Positions 51,443-64,000 of a DNA stretch of 64,000 bases are shown piece by piece (the first letter of the stretch is position 1; every line of letters starts with the position of its first letter). Position numbers and translations under genes: made by a program. The DNA is from Escherichia coli O157:H7 (lineage in GTDB: Bacteria > Pseudomonadota > Gammaproteobacteria > Enterobacterales > Enterobacteriaceae): NCBI RefSeq assembly GCF_013167455.1, contig NZ_CP038328.1; one strand, 5' to 3'. The notes beneath the pieces are model-generated. The model ran no database searches, was not told the origin of the DNA, and saw nothing but the letters and a program-made list of their open reading frames with translations.

Positions 51443-52287
51443 TCTTTCTGCGAATTGAGATGACGCCACTGGCTGGGCGTCATCCCGGTTTCCCGGGTAA
51501 ACACCACCGAAAAATAGTTACTATCTTCAAAGCCACATTCGGTCGAAATATCACTGATTAACAGGCGGCTATGCTGGAGAAGATATTGCGCATGACACAC
51601 TCTGACCTGCCGCAGATATTGATTGATGGTCATTCCAGTCTGCTGGCGAAATTGCTGACGCAAAACGCGCTCACTGCACGATGCCTCATCACAAAATTTA
51701 TCCAGCGCAAAGGGACTTTTCAGGCTAGCCGCCAACCGGGTAATCAGCTTATCCAGCAACGTTTCGCTGGATGTTGGCGGCAACGAATCACTGGTGTAAC
51801 GATGGCGATTCAGCAACATCACCAACTGCCCGAACAGCAACTCTGCCATTTCGTTAGCAAACGGCACATGCTGACTACTTTCATGCTCAAGCTGACCGAT
51901 AACCTGCCGCGCCTGTGCCATCCCCATGCTACCTAAGCGCCAGTGTGGTTGCCCTGCGCTGGCGCTAAATCCCGGAATCGCCCCCTGCCAGTCAAGATTC
52001 AGCTTCAGCCGCTCCGGGCAATAAATAATATTCTGCAAAACCAGATCGTTAACGGAAGCGTAGGAGTGTTTATCGTCAGCATGAATGTAAAAGAGATCGC
52101 CACGGGTAATGCGATAAGGGCGATCGTTGAGTACATGCAGACCATTACCGCGCCAGACAATCACCAGCTCACAAAAATCATGTGTATGTTCAGCAAAGAC
52201 ATCTTGCGGATAACGGTCAGCCACAGCGACTGCCTGCTGGTCGCTGGCAAAAAAATCATCTTTGAGAAGTTTTAACTGATGCGCCAC
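51439..52287 (-). CDS. rhaR: AraC-family activator RhaR
   Basis: GTG start giving [29 protein letters not shown]... (282 aa); an upstream in-frame start at 52398 would give 319 aa, so the start is uncertain. Confidence 0.85.
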
Positions 52288-52360
52288 CGTGGCTACCTCG
52301 GCCAGAGAACGAAATTGATTATTCGCAATATGGCGTACAAATACGTTGAGAAGATTCGCG

Positions 52361-53197
52361 TTATTGCAGAAAGCCATCCCGTCCCTGACGAATATCACGC
52401 GGTGACCAGTTAAACTCTCGGCGAAAAAGCGTCGAAAAGTGGTTACTGTCGCTGAATCCGCAATGATAGGCGATGTCAGTAACGCTGGCCTCGCTGTGAC
52501 GTAGCAGATGTCGGGCTTTCATCAGTCGCAGGCGATTCAGGTATCGCTGAGGCGTCAGTCCCGTTTGCTGCTTAAGCTGCCGATGTAGCGTACGCAGTGA
52601 AAGAGAAAATTGATCCGCCACGGCATCCCAATTCACCTCATCGGCAAAATGGTCCTCCAGCCAGGCCAGAAGCAAGTTGAGACGTGATGCGCTGTTTTCC
52701 AGGTTCTCCTGCAAACTGCTTTTACGCAGCAAGAGCAGTAATTGCATAAACAAGATCTCGCGACTGGCGGTCGAGGGTAAATCATTTTCCCCTTCCTGCT
52801 GTTCCATCTGTGCAACCAGCTGTCGCACCTGCTGCAATACGCTGTGGTTAACGCGCCAGTGAGACGGATACTGCCCATCCAGCTCTTGTGGCAGCAACTG
52901 ATTCAGTCCGGCGAGAAACTGAAATCGATCCGGCGAGCGATACAGCACATTAGTCAGACACAGATTATCGGTATGTTCATACAGATGCCGATCATGGTCG
53001 CGCACAAAACAGACCGTGCCACCGGTGATGGTATAGGGCTGCCCATTAAACACATGAATACCCGTGCCATGTTCGACAATCACAATTTCATGAAAATCAT
53101 GATGATGTTCAGGAAAATCCGCCTGCGGGAGCCGGGGTTCTATCGCCACGGACGCGTTACCAGACGGAAAAAAATCCACACTATGTAATACGGTCAT
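52361..53197 (-). CDS. rhaS: AraC-family activator RhaS
   Basis: 278-aa [47 protein letters not shown]... Confidence 0.95.
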   Translation of the reverse strand: MTVLHSVDFFPSGNASVAIEPRLPQADFPEHHHDFHEIVIVEHGTGIHVFNGQPYTITGGTVCFVRDHDRHLYEHTDNLCLTNVLYRSPDRFQFLAGLNQLLPQELDGQYPSHWRVNHSVLQQVRQLVAQMEQQEGENDLPSTASREILFMQLLLLLRKSSLQENLENSASRLNLLLAWLEDHFADEVNWDAVADQFSLSLRTLHRQLKQQTGLTPQRYLNRLRLMKARHLLRHSEASVTDIAYHCGFSDSNHFSTLFRREFNWSPRDIRQGRDGFLQ

Positions 53198-53340
53198 ACT
53201 GGCCTCCTGATGTCGTCAACACGGCGAAATAGTAATCACGAGGTCAGGTTCTTACCTTAAATTTTCGACGGAAAACCACGTAAAAAACGTCGATTTTTCA
53301 AGATACAGCGTGAATTTTCAGGAAATGCGGTGAGCATCAC

Positions 53341-56210
<2,870 letters not shown>

Positions 56211-56215
56211 ACACT

Positions 56216-56345
56216 GCCGGATGCGGCACAAGTGCCTTATCCGGCCTACAGGCCGGCAATAGTTGTAGGCCTGATAAGACGCGACAGCGTCGCATCAGGC
56301 ATTGATTGCCGGATGCGGCACGAGCGCCTTATCCGGCCTACGGGT
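56216..56345. repeat. REP/BIME cluster between rhaA and rhaD
   Basis: Three REP units (gccggatgcggcacaagtgccttatccggcctac; gtaggcctgataagacgcgacagcgtcgcatcaggc; gccggatgcggcacgagcgccttatccggcctac). Confidence 0.85.
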
Positions 56346-56384
56346 CGTGCATCTGACAACACCGAATTTACAGGAACACAGAAC

Positions 56385-57209
56385 ATGCAAAACATTACCC
56401 AGTCCTGGTTTGTCCAGGGAATGATCAAAGCCACCACCGATGCCTGGCTGAAAGGCTGGGACGAGCGCAACGGCGGCAACCTGACGCTGCGCCTGGATGA
56501 CGCCGATATCGCGCTTTATCACGACAACTTCCACCCACAACCGCGCTATATTCCGCTCAGCCAACCCATGCCTTTACTGGCAAATACGCCGTTTATTGTC
56601 ACCGGCTCCGGCAAATTCTTCCGTAACGTCCAGCTCGATCCTGCAGCTAACTTAGGCGTCGTAAAAGTCGACAGCGATGGCGCGGGCTACCATATTCTCT
56701 GGGGGTTAACCAACGAAGCCGTTCCAACTTCTGAACTTCCGGCTCACTTTCTCTCCCACTGCGAGCGCATTAAAGCCACCAACGGTAAAGATCGGGTGAT
56801 CATGCACTGCCACGCCACCAACCTGATCGCCCTCACCTATGTACTTGAAAACGACACCGCGGTCTTCACTCGCCAACTGTGGGAAGGCAGCACCGAGTGT
56901 CTGGTGGTATTCCCGGATGGCGTTGGCATTCTGCCGTGGATGGTACCCGGCACGGACGAAATCGGCCAGGCAACTGCCCAAGAGATGCAAAAACATTCGC
57001 TGGTGTTGTGGCCCTTCCACGGTGTGTTCGGTTCCGGACCGACGCTGGATGAAACCTTCGGTTTAATCGACACCGCAGAAAAATCAGCGGAAGTGTTAGT
57101 GAAGGTGTATTCGATGGGCGGCATGAAACAGACTATCAGCCGTGAAGAGTTGATAGCGCTCGGCCAGCGTTTCGGCGTTACACCACTCGCCAGTGCGCTG
57201 GCGCTGTAA
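56385..57209 (+). CDS. rhaD: Rhamnulose-1-phosphate aldolase
   Basis: Start trimmed to [38 protein letters not shown] (274 aa). Confidence 0.95.
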   Translation: MQNITQSWFVQGMIKATTDAWLKGWDERNGGNLTLRLDDADIALYHDNFHPQPRYIPLSQPMPLLANTPFIVTGSGKFFRNVQLDPAANLGVVKVDSDGAGYHILWGLTNEAVPTSELPAHFLSHCERIKATNGKDRVIMHCHATNLIALTYVLENDTAVFTRQLWEGSTECLVVFPDGVGILPWMVPGTDEIGQATAQEMQKHSLVLWPFHGVFGSGPTLDETFGLIDTAEKSAEVLVKVYSMGGMKQTISREELIALGQRFGVTPLASALAL

Positions 57210-57218
57210 GGAGCAAAC

Positions 57219-57533
57219 ATGATCCGCAAAGCCTTTGTCATGCAGGTAAACCCCGACGCCCACGAAGAGTATCAGCGTCGGCATAATCCCATCTGGCCGG
57301 AACTGGAAGCAGTGTTGAAATCTCACGGTGCGCATAACTACGCCATTTACCTCGACAAAGCGCGTAATCTGCTGTTTGCCACGGTAGAGATTGAATCTGA
57401 AGAACGGTGGAATGCGGTAGCCAGCACTGAAATCTGCCAACGTTGGTGGAAATATATGACCGATGTTATGCCCGCTAACCCGGATAACAGCCCGGTGAGT
57501 AGCGAGCTGCAAGAAGTGTTTTACCTGCCTTAA
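57219..57533 (+). CDS. rhaM: L-rhamnose mutarotase
   Basis: 104-aa [49 protein letters not shown]... Confidence 0.95.
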
Positions 57534-57573
57534 TGAGTTGCGGTGCCGGAAAATATCCAGCACCGCGACTTCA

Positions 57574-58968
57574 TCAGAAGAAGTATTTAAAGCGAACGCG
57601 TGCGCCGTAACGGTCATCAGTATCATCACCGTGTTTTTTATCGCCGTCGCTATCCAGAATGGAGTAATACGTCCCGAGGTAAATATTAAAGTTCTCCATA
57701 TCCATCACGTTAGCGAACTGATAAGACGCATGAATGGTGTGAATGGTGTACGTCCCTTCATCATCAATGCAGCAGTCGTTATCACAAACTACACCGCTGA
57801 ATTCATCAATCTTATTGTGCGCGTAGATATAACCGAGCTCGAAACGTTTCCACAGCGCGTTAATCCCGGCAGTGAAATCTTTCTCATTATTAGCATCTAA
57901 ATAGGCGGTATTTAGATTAACCACAATGCCATTGTCCGGATCCGTTTTCAGGCCGTTCCAGGTCATGCTCATACCATAGCCGGTACGATCGGACTGATCG
58001 ACAAAATTACCCTTGCTATCGGTATAACCATAAGCATTATTTACCACGTTCGCTTCCATCGCTGCGGAAACGGTGAATTCTTCCGTCGGCGACCAGGCAA
58101 TTACTGGGCGCAGATAAGCAACATTTTTCTGCTGCTCCATATCGCGTCCATGATAATTACCGTCATTATATAAAGATGTTCCGTCTTCAAGTAACGTGTT
58201 TAATTCAAAATACCAGTTATCGAGTTGTTTGCTGACGAGGAAATTACCGCCAGCGTTAGAGCGCCCGCGGCCCTCTTTCATCATATAGATATAACCGCTG
58301 CCATCGTCATAAAGATCGTTCGCAGTATTACCGGAATGTTCAACAAAGGTATCCTGATTCAATGGGAACATATCGTAGGCTTCAAAACGGCCTACTTTGA
58401 CCTTCCAGTCGTTTTCTTTGCCAAAGAAGAATACCGCATCATCGATATTTACTGAACCGTGCATATCACCCAGCGGTTGTGCGGAGAACCCGGCGAAATA
58501 ACCGTTGTCCATCTTTCGCATACCGTCAAAACCTAACAGAATACGACCATTGAGATTCCACTGTTCATTAGTGGGATCGCTATTCACATCAGCGTTGGTC
58601 ATTGCCAGCAGGCCATGATTACTTTCCGCATCCATATTAAATTCTACGTCGCCGTAGATTTTTAAATCGCCATAACCTGAAAGCAAAAGATTAGGTGAGG
58701 TGGCATTTTTCTTTGCAGATTCCGCCGTTGCCTGTCCATTTACCGGCGTATTGCCCTGAGCGGCCTTAATTTCGCGGATCTCAGCGGCTTGTTGTGTCTG
58801 CAGCTGTTTAACCTGGCTCTCTGCTTTTGCCGCCCGCATTTCTGCCGCTTCCAGGCGTTCTTCCAGCAATGCCATGCGTTGTTCCAGCATTAAATGCTGT
58901 GTTTTTGCCATACCGGTACTACATGCCAATAATAAACCGATGGCTAAAGATAATGTCGATTTTTTCAT
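57574..58968 (-). CDS. Putative outer-membrane carbohydrate-selective porin with N-terminal coiled-coil extension
   Basis: 464-aa ORF; signal peptide MKKSTLSLAIGLLLACSTGMA; coiled-coil-like segment LEQRMALLEERLEAAEMRAAKAESQVKQLQTQQAAEIREIKAAQ; Gly/Tyr/Asn-rich beta-strand-like body; C-terminal ...RFKYFF typical of beta-barrel OMPs. Not at this position in K-12 as I recall. Confidence 0.65.
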   Translation of the reverse strand: MKKSTLSLAIGLLLACSTGMAKTQHLMLEQRMALLEERLEAAEMRAAKAESQVKQLQTQQAAEIREIKAAQGNTPVNGQATAESAKKNATSPNLLLSGYGDLKIYGDVEFNMDAESNHGLLAMTNADVNSDPTNEQWNLNGRILLGFDGMRKMDNGYFAGFSAQPLGDMHGSVNIDDAVFFFGKENDWKVKVGRFEAYDMFPLNQDTFVEHSGNTANDLYDDGSGYIYMMKEGRGRSNAGGNFLVSKQLDNWYFELNTLLEDGTSLYNDGNYHGRDMEQQKNVAYLRPVIAWSPTEEFTVSAAMEANVVNNAYGYTDSKGNFVDQSDRTGYGMSMTWNGLKTDPDNGIVVNLNTAYLDANNEKDFTAGINALWKRFELGYIYAHNKIDEFSGVVCDNDCCIDDEGTYTIHTIHASYQFANVMDMENFNIYLGTYYSILDSDGDKKHGDDTDDRYGARVRFKYFF

Positions 58969-59445
58969 TATTTACGTTCCCTGAAATAAAGGAGACCCTA
59001 CGCTTTCCAAAAGGAATACGTATATAGAGAAATATAAGGTGTGCACTTTCGAATTTTTAATCCAACTTCAGCAGGCCGATGGATAGTATCCCGCCGCATA
59101 ATATGAGTAAATCCGCTGATTTCCTGGAACGTGAGGAATATAACAATAGTGCCGTTTTTAACTAAATATCGTAAAAAATATTAGATATGATTCAAGCTGG
59201 CTCATAAGCCACAAATATAAATAACGTTTAGACAAATTATCTGAGACATTTAAACATTCACAAAATCATTAAATAATAACTCTTTATTCACAAGATTTAT
59301 TTTACCTACTAATATGTGCCTTACGCCGCAAAATTTATCCTTCACTCTGCTTTATATTGTCACGACTTCACGACATATCCGCGCTCATCACAAACCCGCC
59401 CCGCTATTACAATTAACTGAAATATTTTTTCATGGAGTCCGATTA

Positions 59446-59892
59446 ATGGCAGCTCTTACTGCAAGCTGTATTGACCTGAATATTCAGGGCAATGGCGCTT
59501 ATTCCGTTCTGAAGCAGTTGGCGACAATGGCGTTACAAAACGGTTTTATCACCGACTCACACCAGTTCCTGCAAACCCTGCTGCTGCGCGAAAAAATGCA
59601 CTCCACCGGTTTTGGTTCTGGTGTCGCCGTGCCGCACGGTAAAAGCACCTGCGTTAAACAACCGTTCGTGTTATTCGCCCGCAAAGCGCAGGCTATTGAC
59701 TGGAAAGCCAGCGACGGCGAAGACGTCAATTGCTGGATCTGCCTCGGCGTACCGCAAAGTGGCGAAGAGGATCAGGTCAAAATCATCGGCACACTGTGTC
59801 GCAAAATTATTCACCAGGAATTTATTCATCAACTGCAACAGGGCGATACCGACCAGGTGCTTGCCTTGTTAAATCAAACCCTCAGCTCATAA
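59446..59892 (+). CDS. frvA: PTS fructose-like IIA component
   Basis: Start trimmed to MAALTASCIDLNIQGNGAYSVLKQLATMALQNGFITDSHQF (148 aa). Confidence 0.85.
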   Translation: MAALTASCIDLNIQGNGAYSVLKQLATMALQNGFITDSHQFLQTLLLREKMHSTGFGSGVAVPHGKSTCVKQPFVLFARKAQAIDWKASDGEDVNCWICLGVPQSGEEDQVKIIGTLCRKIIHQEFIHQLQQGDTDQVLALLNQTLSS

Positions 59893-59896
59893 GGAA

Positions 59897-61342
59897 GTGG
59901 CGATGGAGTCATCCTTACGTATTGTCGCGATCACCAACTGCCCCGCCGGGATCGCTCACACCTACATGGTGGCGGAAGCCCTGGAACAGAAAGCCCGTTC
60001 TCTCGGCCATACCATTAAAGTGGAAACTCAAGGGTCCAGCGGCGTTGAAAACCGCTTATCCAGCGAAGAGATTGCCGCTGCCGATTACGTGATTCTCGCC
60101 ACCGGGCGTGGCCTGAGCGGTGACGATCGCGCACGGTTTGCCGGGAAAAAAGTTTATGAGATTGCCATCTCCCAGGCGCTGAAAAATATCGATCAGATTT
60201 TCAGTGAATTACCGACAAATTCGCAGCTTTTTGCCGCAGATAGCGGCGTGAAGCTAGGCAAACAGGAAGTACAAAGCGGCAGCGTGATGAGCCACCTGAT
60301 GGCGGGCGTCTCTGCGGCGCTGCCGTTTGTCATCGGCGGTGGTATCCTGGTGGCGCTTGCCAACATGCTGGTGCAGTTCGGTTTGCCGTATACCGATATG
60401 TCGAAAGGCGCGCCGTCGTTTACCTGGGTAGTTGAATCCATCGGTTACCTTGGCTTCACCTTTATGATCCCCATCATGGGCGCTTATATTGCCTCGTCGA
60501 TTGCCGATAAACCGGCTTTCGCTCCGGCGTTTCTGGTTTGCTATCTGGCGAACGACAAAGCGCTGCTCGGCACCCAGTCGGGTGCGGGATTCCTCGGCGC
60601 GGTGGTGCTGGGGCTGGCGATTGGCTATTTCGTCTTCTGGTTCCGTAAAGTCCGTCTTGGCAAAGCATTACAACCGCTGCTCGGCTCCATGCTTATCCCA
60701 TTCGTTACTCTGCTGGTTTTTGGCGTGCTCACTTACTACGTTATCGGGCCGGTGATGTCCGACCTCATGGGCGGGCTACTGCACTTCCTGAATACCATTC
60801 CTCCATCAATGAAGTTTGCGGCAGCGTTTCTGGTCGGTGCGATGCTGGCGTTCGATATGGGCGGCCCCATCAATAAAACCGCCTGGTTCTTCTGCTTCTC
60901 ACTGCTGGAAAAACACATTTATGACTGGTACGCCATCGTCGGCGTTGTCCCCGTCGCGGCGGGTCTTGCGACGTTCATTGCGCCCAAACTGTTTACCCGA
61001 CAGGAAAAAGAGGCTGCCAGTAGTGCCATTGTGGTCGGTGCCACAGTCGCAACCGAACCGGCTATTCCTTACGCTCTGGCAGCTCCGTTGCCGATGATTA
61101 CCGCCAATACGCTGGCGGGCGGCATTACCGGCGTGCTGGTGATCGCTTTCGGAATCAAACGTCTGGCACCTGGTTTGGGTATCTTTGACCCGCTGATCGG
61201 CCTGATGTCGCCGGTAGGTTCGTTTTATCTGGTGCTGGCGATTGGCCTCGCGCTGAACATTTCATTCATTATCGTCCTGAAAGGATTGTGGTTACGCCGC
61301 AAAGCGAAAGCCGCGCAACAGGAGCTTGTCCATGAACATTGA
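59897..61342 (+). CDS. frvB: PTS fructose-like IIBC component
   Basis: 481-aa ORF with N-terminal IIB motif (NCPAGIAHTYM) and polytopic IIC domain. Confidence 0.85.
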   Translation: MAMESSLRIVAITNCPAGIAHTYMVAEALEQKARSLGHTIKVETQGSSGVENRLSSEEIAAADYVILATGRGLSGDDRARFAGKKVYEIAISQALKNIDQIFSELPTNSQLFAADSGVKLGKQEVQSGSVMSHLMAGVSAALPFVIGGGILVALANMLVQFGLPYTDMSKGAPSFTWVVESIGYLGFTFMIPIMGAYIASSIADKPAFAPAFLVCYLANDKALLGTQSGAGFLGAVVLGLAIGYFVFWFRKVRLGKALQPLLGSMLIPFVTLLVFGVLTYYVIGPVMSDLMGGLLHFLNTIPPSMKFAAAFLVGAMLAFDMGGPINKTAWFFCFSLLEKHIYDWYAIVGVVPVAAGLATFIAPKLFTRQEKEAASSAIVVGATVATEPAIPYALAAPLPMITANTLAGGITGVLVIAFGIKRLAPGLGIFDPLIGLMSPVGSFYLVLAIGLALNISFIIVLKGLWLRRKAKAAQQELVHEH

Positions 61343-62402
61343 GTTACTGCAACAGTTGTGCGAAGCCAGCGCCGTCAGCGGCGATGAACAGGAAGTTCGC
61401 GACATTCTGATAAACACGCTGGAACCTTGCGTTAATGAGATCACCTTTGATGGTCTGGGCAGCTTTGTTGCCCGTAAGGGAAATAAAGGTCCAAAAGTTG
61501 CCGTTGTCGGGCATATGGATGAAGTCGGCTTTATGGTCACCCACATCGACGAGAGCGGTTTTCTGCGCTTTACCACCATTGGCGGCTGGTGGAATCAGTC
61601 GATGCTCAACCACCGGGTAACAATACGCACACACAAGGGAGTGAAAATCCCTGGTGTGATTGGTTCCGTAGCGCCTCATGCGTTAACGGAAAAGCAAAAG
61701 CAACAACCGCTGTCATTTGATGAGATGTTCATTGATATTGGCGCGAACAGTCGCGAAGAAGCGAAAAAACGCGGTGCGGAAATTGGCGATTTTATTAGCC
61801 CGGAAGCCAATTTTGCCTGCTGGGGCGAAGATAAAATAGTCGGCAAGGCGCTGGATAATCGCATCGGCTGCGCGATGATGGCTGAGCTACTACAGACAGT
61901 AAATAACCCAGGAATTACGCTGTACGGCGTCGGCAGCGTGGAAGAAGAAGTTGGGCTACGCGGGGCACAAACCTCGGCTGAACACACTAAACCGGATGTG
62001 GTGATCGTGCTGGATACCGCCGTCGCGGGCGATGTTCCGGGCATTGATAACATTAAATACCCGCTGAAACTGGGCAACGGGCCGGGGCTGATGCTGTTTG
62101 ACAAGCGCTACTTACCCAACCAGAAACTGGTGGCGGCGTTAAAAAACTGTGCCGCACATAACGGTTTACCGCTGCAATTTTCCACCATGAAAACCGGAGC
62201 GACGGATGGCGGGCGCTACAACGTAATGGGCGGAGGGCGTCCGGTTGTCGCGCTGTGTCTGCCAACTCGTTATCTGCACGCTAACAGCGGTATGATTTCA
62301 AAAGCCGATTATGATGCTCTGCTCACGCTGATACGGGATTTTCTGACGACCTTAACTGCGGAGAAAGTCAACGCGTTTAGCCAGTTCCGTCAGGTGGATT
62401 AA
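61332..62402 (+). CDS. frvX: M42-family aminopeptidase/cellulase-like protein
   Basis: About 356 aa from MNIELLQQLCEASAVSGDEQEVRDILINTLEP (an upstream ATG at 61326 is also possible); overlaps the frvB 3' end; synteny. Confidence 0.85.
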   Translation: MNIELLQQLCEASAVSGDEQEVRDILINTLEPCVNEITFDGLGSFVARKGNKGPKVAVVGHMDEVGFMVTHIDESGFLRFTTIGGWWNQSMLNHRVTIRTHKGVKIPGVIGSVAPHALTEKQKQQPLSFDEMFIDIGANSREEAKKRGAEIGDFISPEANFACWGEDKIVGKALDNRIGCAMMAELLQTVNNPGITLYGVGSVEEEVGLRGAQTSAEHTKPDVVIVLDTAVAGDVPGIDNIKYPLKLGNGPGLMLFDKRYLPNQKLVAALKNCAAHNGLPLQFSTMKTGATDGGRYNVMGGGRPVVALCLPTRYLHANSGMISKADYDALLTLIRDFLTTLTAEKVNAFSQFRQVD

Positions 62403-64000
62403 TGCTAAACGAACGCCAGTTAAAGATTGTCGATCTGCTGGAGCAACAGCCGCGCACGCCTGGCGAGCTGGCGCAACAGACTGGCGTTTCAGGCAGGACC
62501 ATCCTGCGTGATATTGACTATCTCAACTTTACCCTTAACGGCAAAGCTCGTATCTCTGCCAGTGGCAGTGCGGGCTATCAGTTGGAAATCTTCGAGCGCC
62601 GCAGCTTTTTTCAGTTGCTGCAAAAGCACGATAACGACGATCGGCTGCTGGCGCTGTTATTACTGAATACCTTTACTCCCCGTGCGCAACTCGCCTCGGC
62701 GCTTAATTTGCCAGAAACTTGGGTCGCAGAGCGTCTGCCCCGGTTAAAACAGCGTTATGAACGCACTTGTTGCCTGGCCAGTCGTCCCGGTTTGGGCCAT
62801 TTCATTGATGAAACAGAAGAGAAACGCGTTATCTTGCTGGCGAACTTGCTACGCAAAGATCCGTTTTTAATACCTTTGGCTGGCGTAACACGAGACAACC
62901 TTCAGCATTTATCCACGGCCTGCGACAACCAACACCGCTGGCCGCTCATGCAGGGGGATTATCTCTCCAGCCTGATTCTGGCGATTTACGCCCTGCGTAA
63001 TCAACTGACCGATGAGTGGCCGCAATATCCCGGTGACGAGATAAAACAAATCGTTGAACATAACGGTCTGTTTCTTGGTGATAACGCTGTAAGAACCCTG
63101 ACAGGTTTGATAGAGAAACAGCATCAGCAAGCGCAGGTAATTTCTGCCGATCATGTGCTGGGGTTGCTGCAAAGGGTGCCAGGTCTCGCGTCATTGAATA
63201 TTATTGATACGCAGCTGGTTGAGAACATTACCGGTCATTTATTACGTTGCCTTGCCGCACCAGTGTGGATTGCTGAGCATCGCCAAAGCAGCATGAATAA
63301 CCTGAAAGCCGCCTGGCCTGCGGCCTTTGATATGAGTCTGCACTTTATTACGCTACTGCGTGAACAGCTCGATATTCCCCTTTTCGACAGCGATCTGATC
63401 GGTTTGTATTTTGCCTGTGCGCTGGAACGACATCAAAACGAACGCCAGCCGATCATTTTGCTCTCGGACCAGAACGCGATTGCCACTATTAATCAGCTCG
63501 CCATTGAGCGCGATGTTTTACATTGTCGGGTGATTATTGCCCGTAGCTTAAGCGAACTTGTTGCCATTCGCGAAGAGATTGAGCCGTTATTGATCATTAA
63601 CAACAGCCATTATTTACTGGATGACGCGGTAAATAATTACATCACCGTAAAAAATATCATTACGGCTGCCGGTATCGAACAAATAAAACATTTTCTGGCG
63701 ACGGCATTTATTCGCCAGCAACCGGAGCGTTTTTTCTCTGCCCCCGGAAGTTTTCATTATTCGAATGTACGCGGTGAAAGCTGGCAACATATTACCCGGC
63801 AAATTTGTGCGCAATTAGTCGCACAACACCATATTACCGCCGATGAAGCGCAACGGATCATCGCCCGCGAAGGCGAAGGTGAAAACCTGATTGTTAATCG
63901 CCTCGCCATCCCACATTGCTGGAGCGAACAGGAGCGACGTTTTCGTGGATTTTTTATTACCCTCGCCCAACCAGTTGAGGTGAATAACGAAGTCATTAAC
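62402..64000 (+). CDS. frvR: Putative frv operon regulator (HTH plus PRD/PTS-regulatory domains), 3' end truncated by window edge
   Basis: ATG at 62402 overlaps the frvX stop (TAATG); the frame MLNERQLKIVDLLEQQPRTPGELAQQTGVSGRTILRDIDYL... stays open to position 64000. It is absent from the ORF track only because no stop lies in the window. Confidence 0.8.
   Translation, partial: MLNERQLKIVDLLEQQPRTPGELAQQTGVSGRTILRDIDYLNFTLNGKARISASGSAGYQLEIFERRSFFQLLQKHDNDDRLLALLLLNTFTPRAQLASALNLPETWVAERLPRLKQRYERTCCLASRPGLGHFIDETEEKRVILLANLLRKDPFLIPLAGVTRDNLQHLSTACDNQHRWPLMQGDYLSSLILAIYALRNQLTDEWPQYPGDEIKQIVEHNGLFLGDNAVRTLTGLIEKQHQQAQVISADHVLGLLQRVPGLASLNIIDTQLVENITGHLLRCLAAPVWIAEHRQSSMNNLKAAWPAAFDMSLHFITLLREQLDIPLFDSDLIGLYFACALERHQNERQPIILLSDQNAIATINQLAIERDVLHCRVIIARSLSELVAIREEIEPLLIINNSHYLLDDAVNNYITVKNIITAAGIEQIKHFLATAFIRQQPERFFSAPGSFHYSNVRGESWQHITRQICAQLVAQHHITADEAQRIIAREGEGENLIVNRLAIPHCWSEQERRFRGFFITLAQPVEVNNEVIN

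Noticed and set aside
57096-57629. 177-aa minus-strand ORF overlapping the rhaD 3' end and rhaM
   Set aside because: It is antisense to two well-supported rha genes; an artefact.

Overview
This window looks like an Escherichia coli chromosomal segment collinear with the K-12 region frwB-ptsA-gldA-katG-metFLBJ-rpmE-priA-cytR-ftsN-hslVU-menA-rraA-zapB-glpFKX-fpr-tpiA-cdh-sbp-pfkA-fieF-cpxPRA-kdgT-sodA-rhaTRSBADM-frvABXR, in inverted orientation. Gene identities come from reading the translated ORFs against remembered protein sequences; no database search was run. Against that conserved backbone, four things stand out that I do not recall at these positions in K-12. (1) A roughly 5.5 kb Rhs island sits in the convergent yiiX/rpmE intergenic region: a 1394-aa PAAR-Rhs polymorphic toxin gene with a low-GC C-terminal tip of unrecognised type, a small downstream immunity-like ORF, and a divergent IS1-family element with intact inverted repeats but a frameshifted insB. 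(2) A roughly 1.45 kb AT-rich islet between rraA and zapB carries two tandem paralogous membrane-anchored proteins of unknown function. (3) A roughly 1.8 kb insert between rhaM and frvA encodes a 464-aa outer-membrane porin-like protein with an N-terminal coiled coil. (4) rhaT appears inactivated by a +1 frameshift plus an in-frame TAG. The Rhs toxin/immunity pair and the paralog pair are the best candidates for an undescribed system. No tRNA, rRNA, CRISPR array or prophage was seen. REP/BIME repeats, intrinsic terminators, met boxes, a CpxR box, the sigma-32 hslVU promoter and the rhaBAD promoter are recognisable. The ORF track translates GTG/TTG starts as M, so several starts were trimmed to the expected N-terminus.
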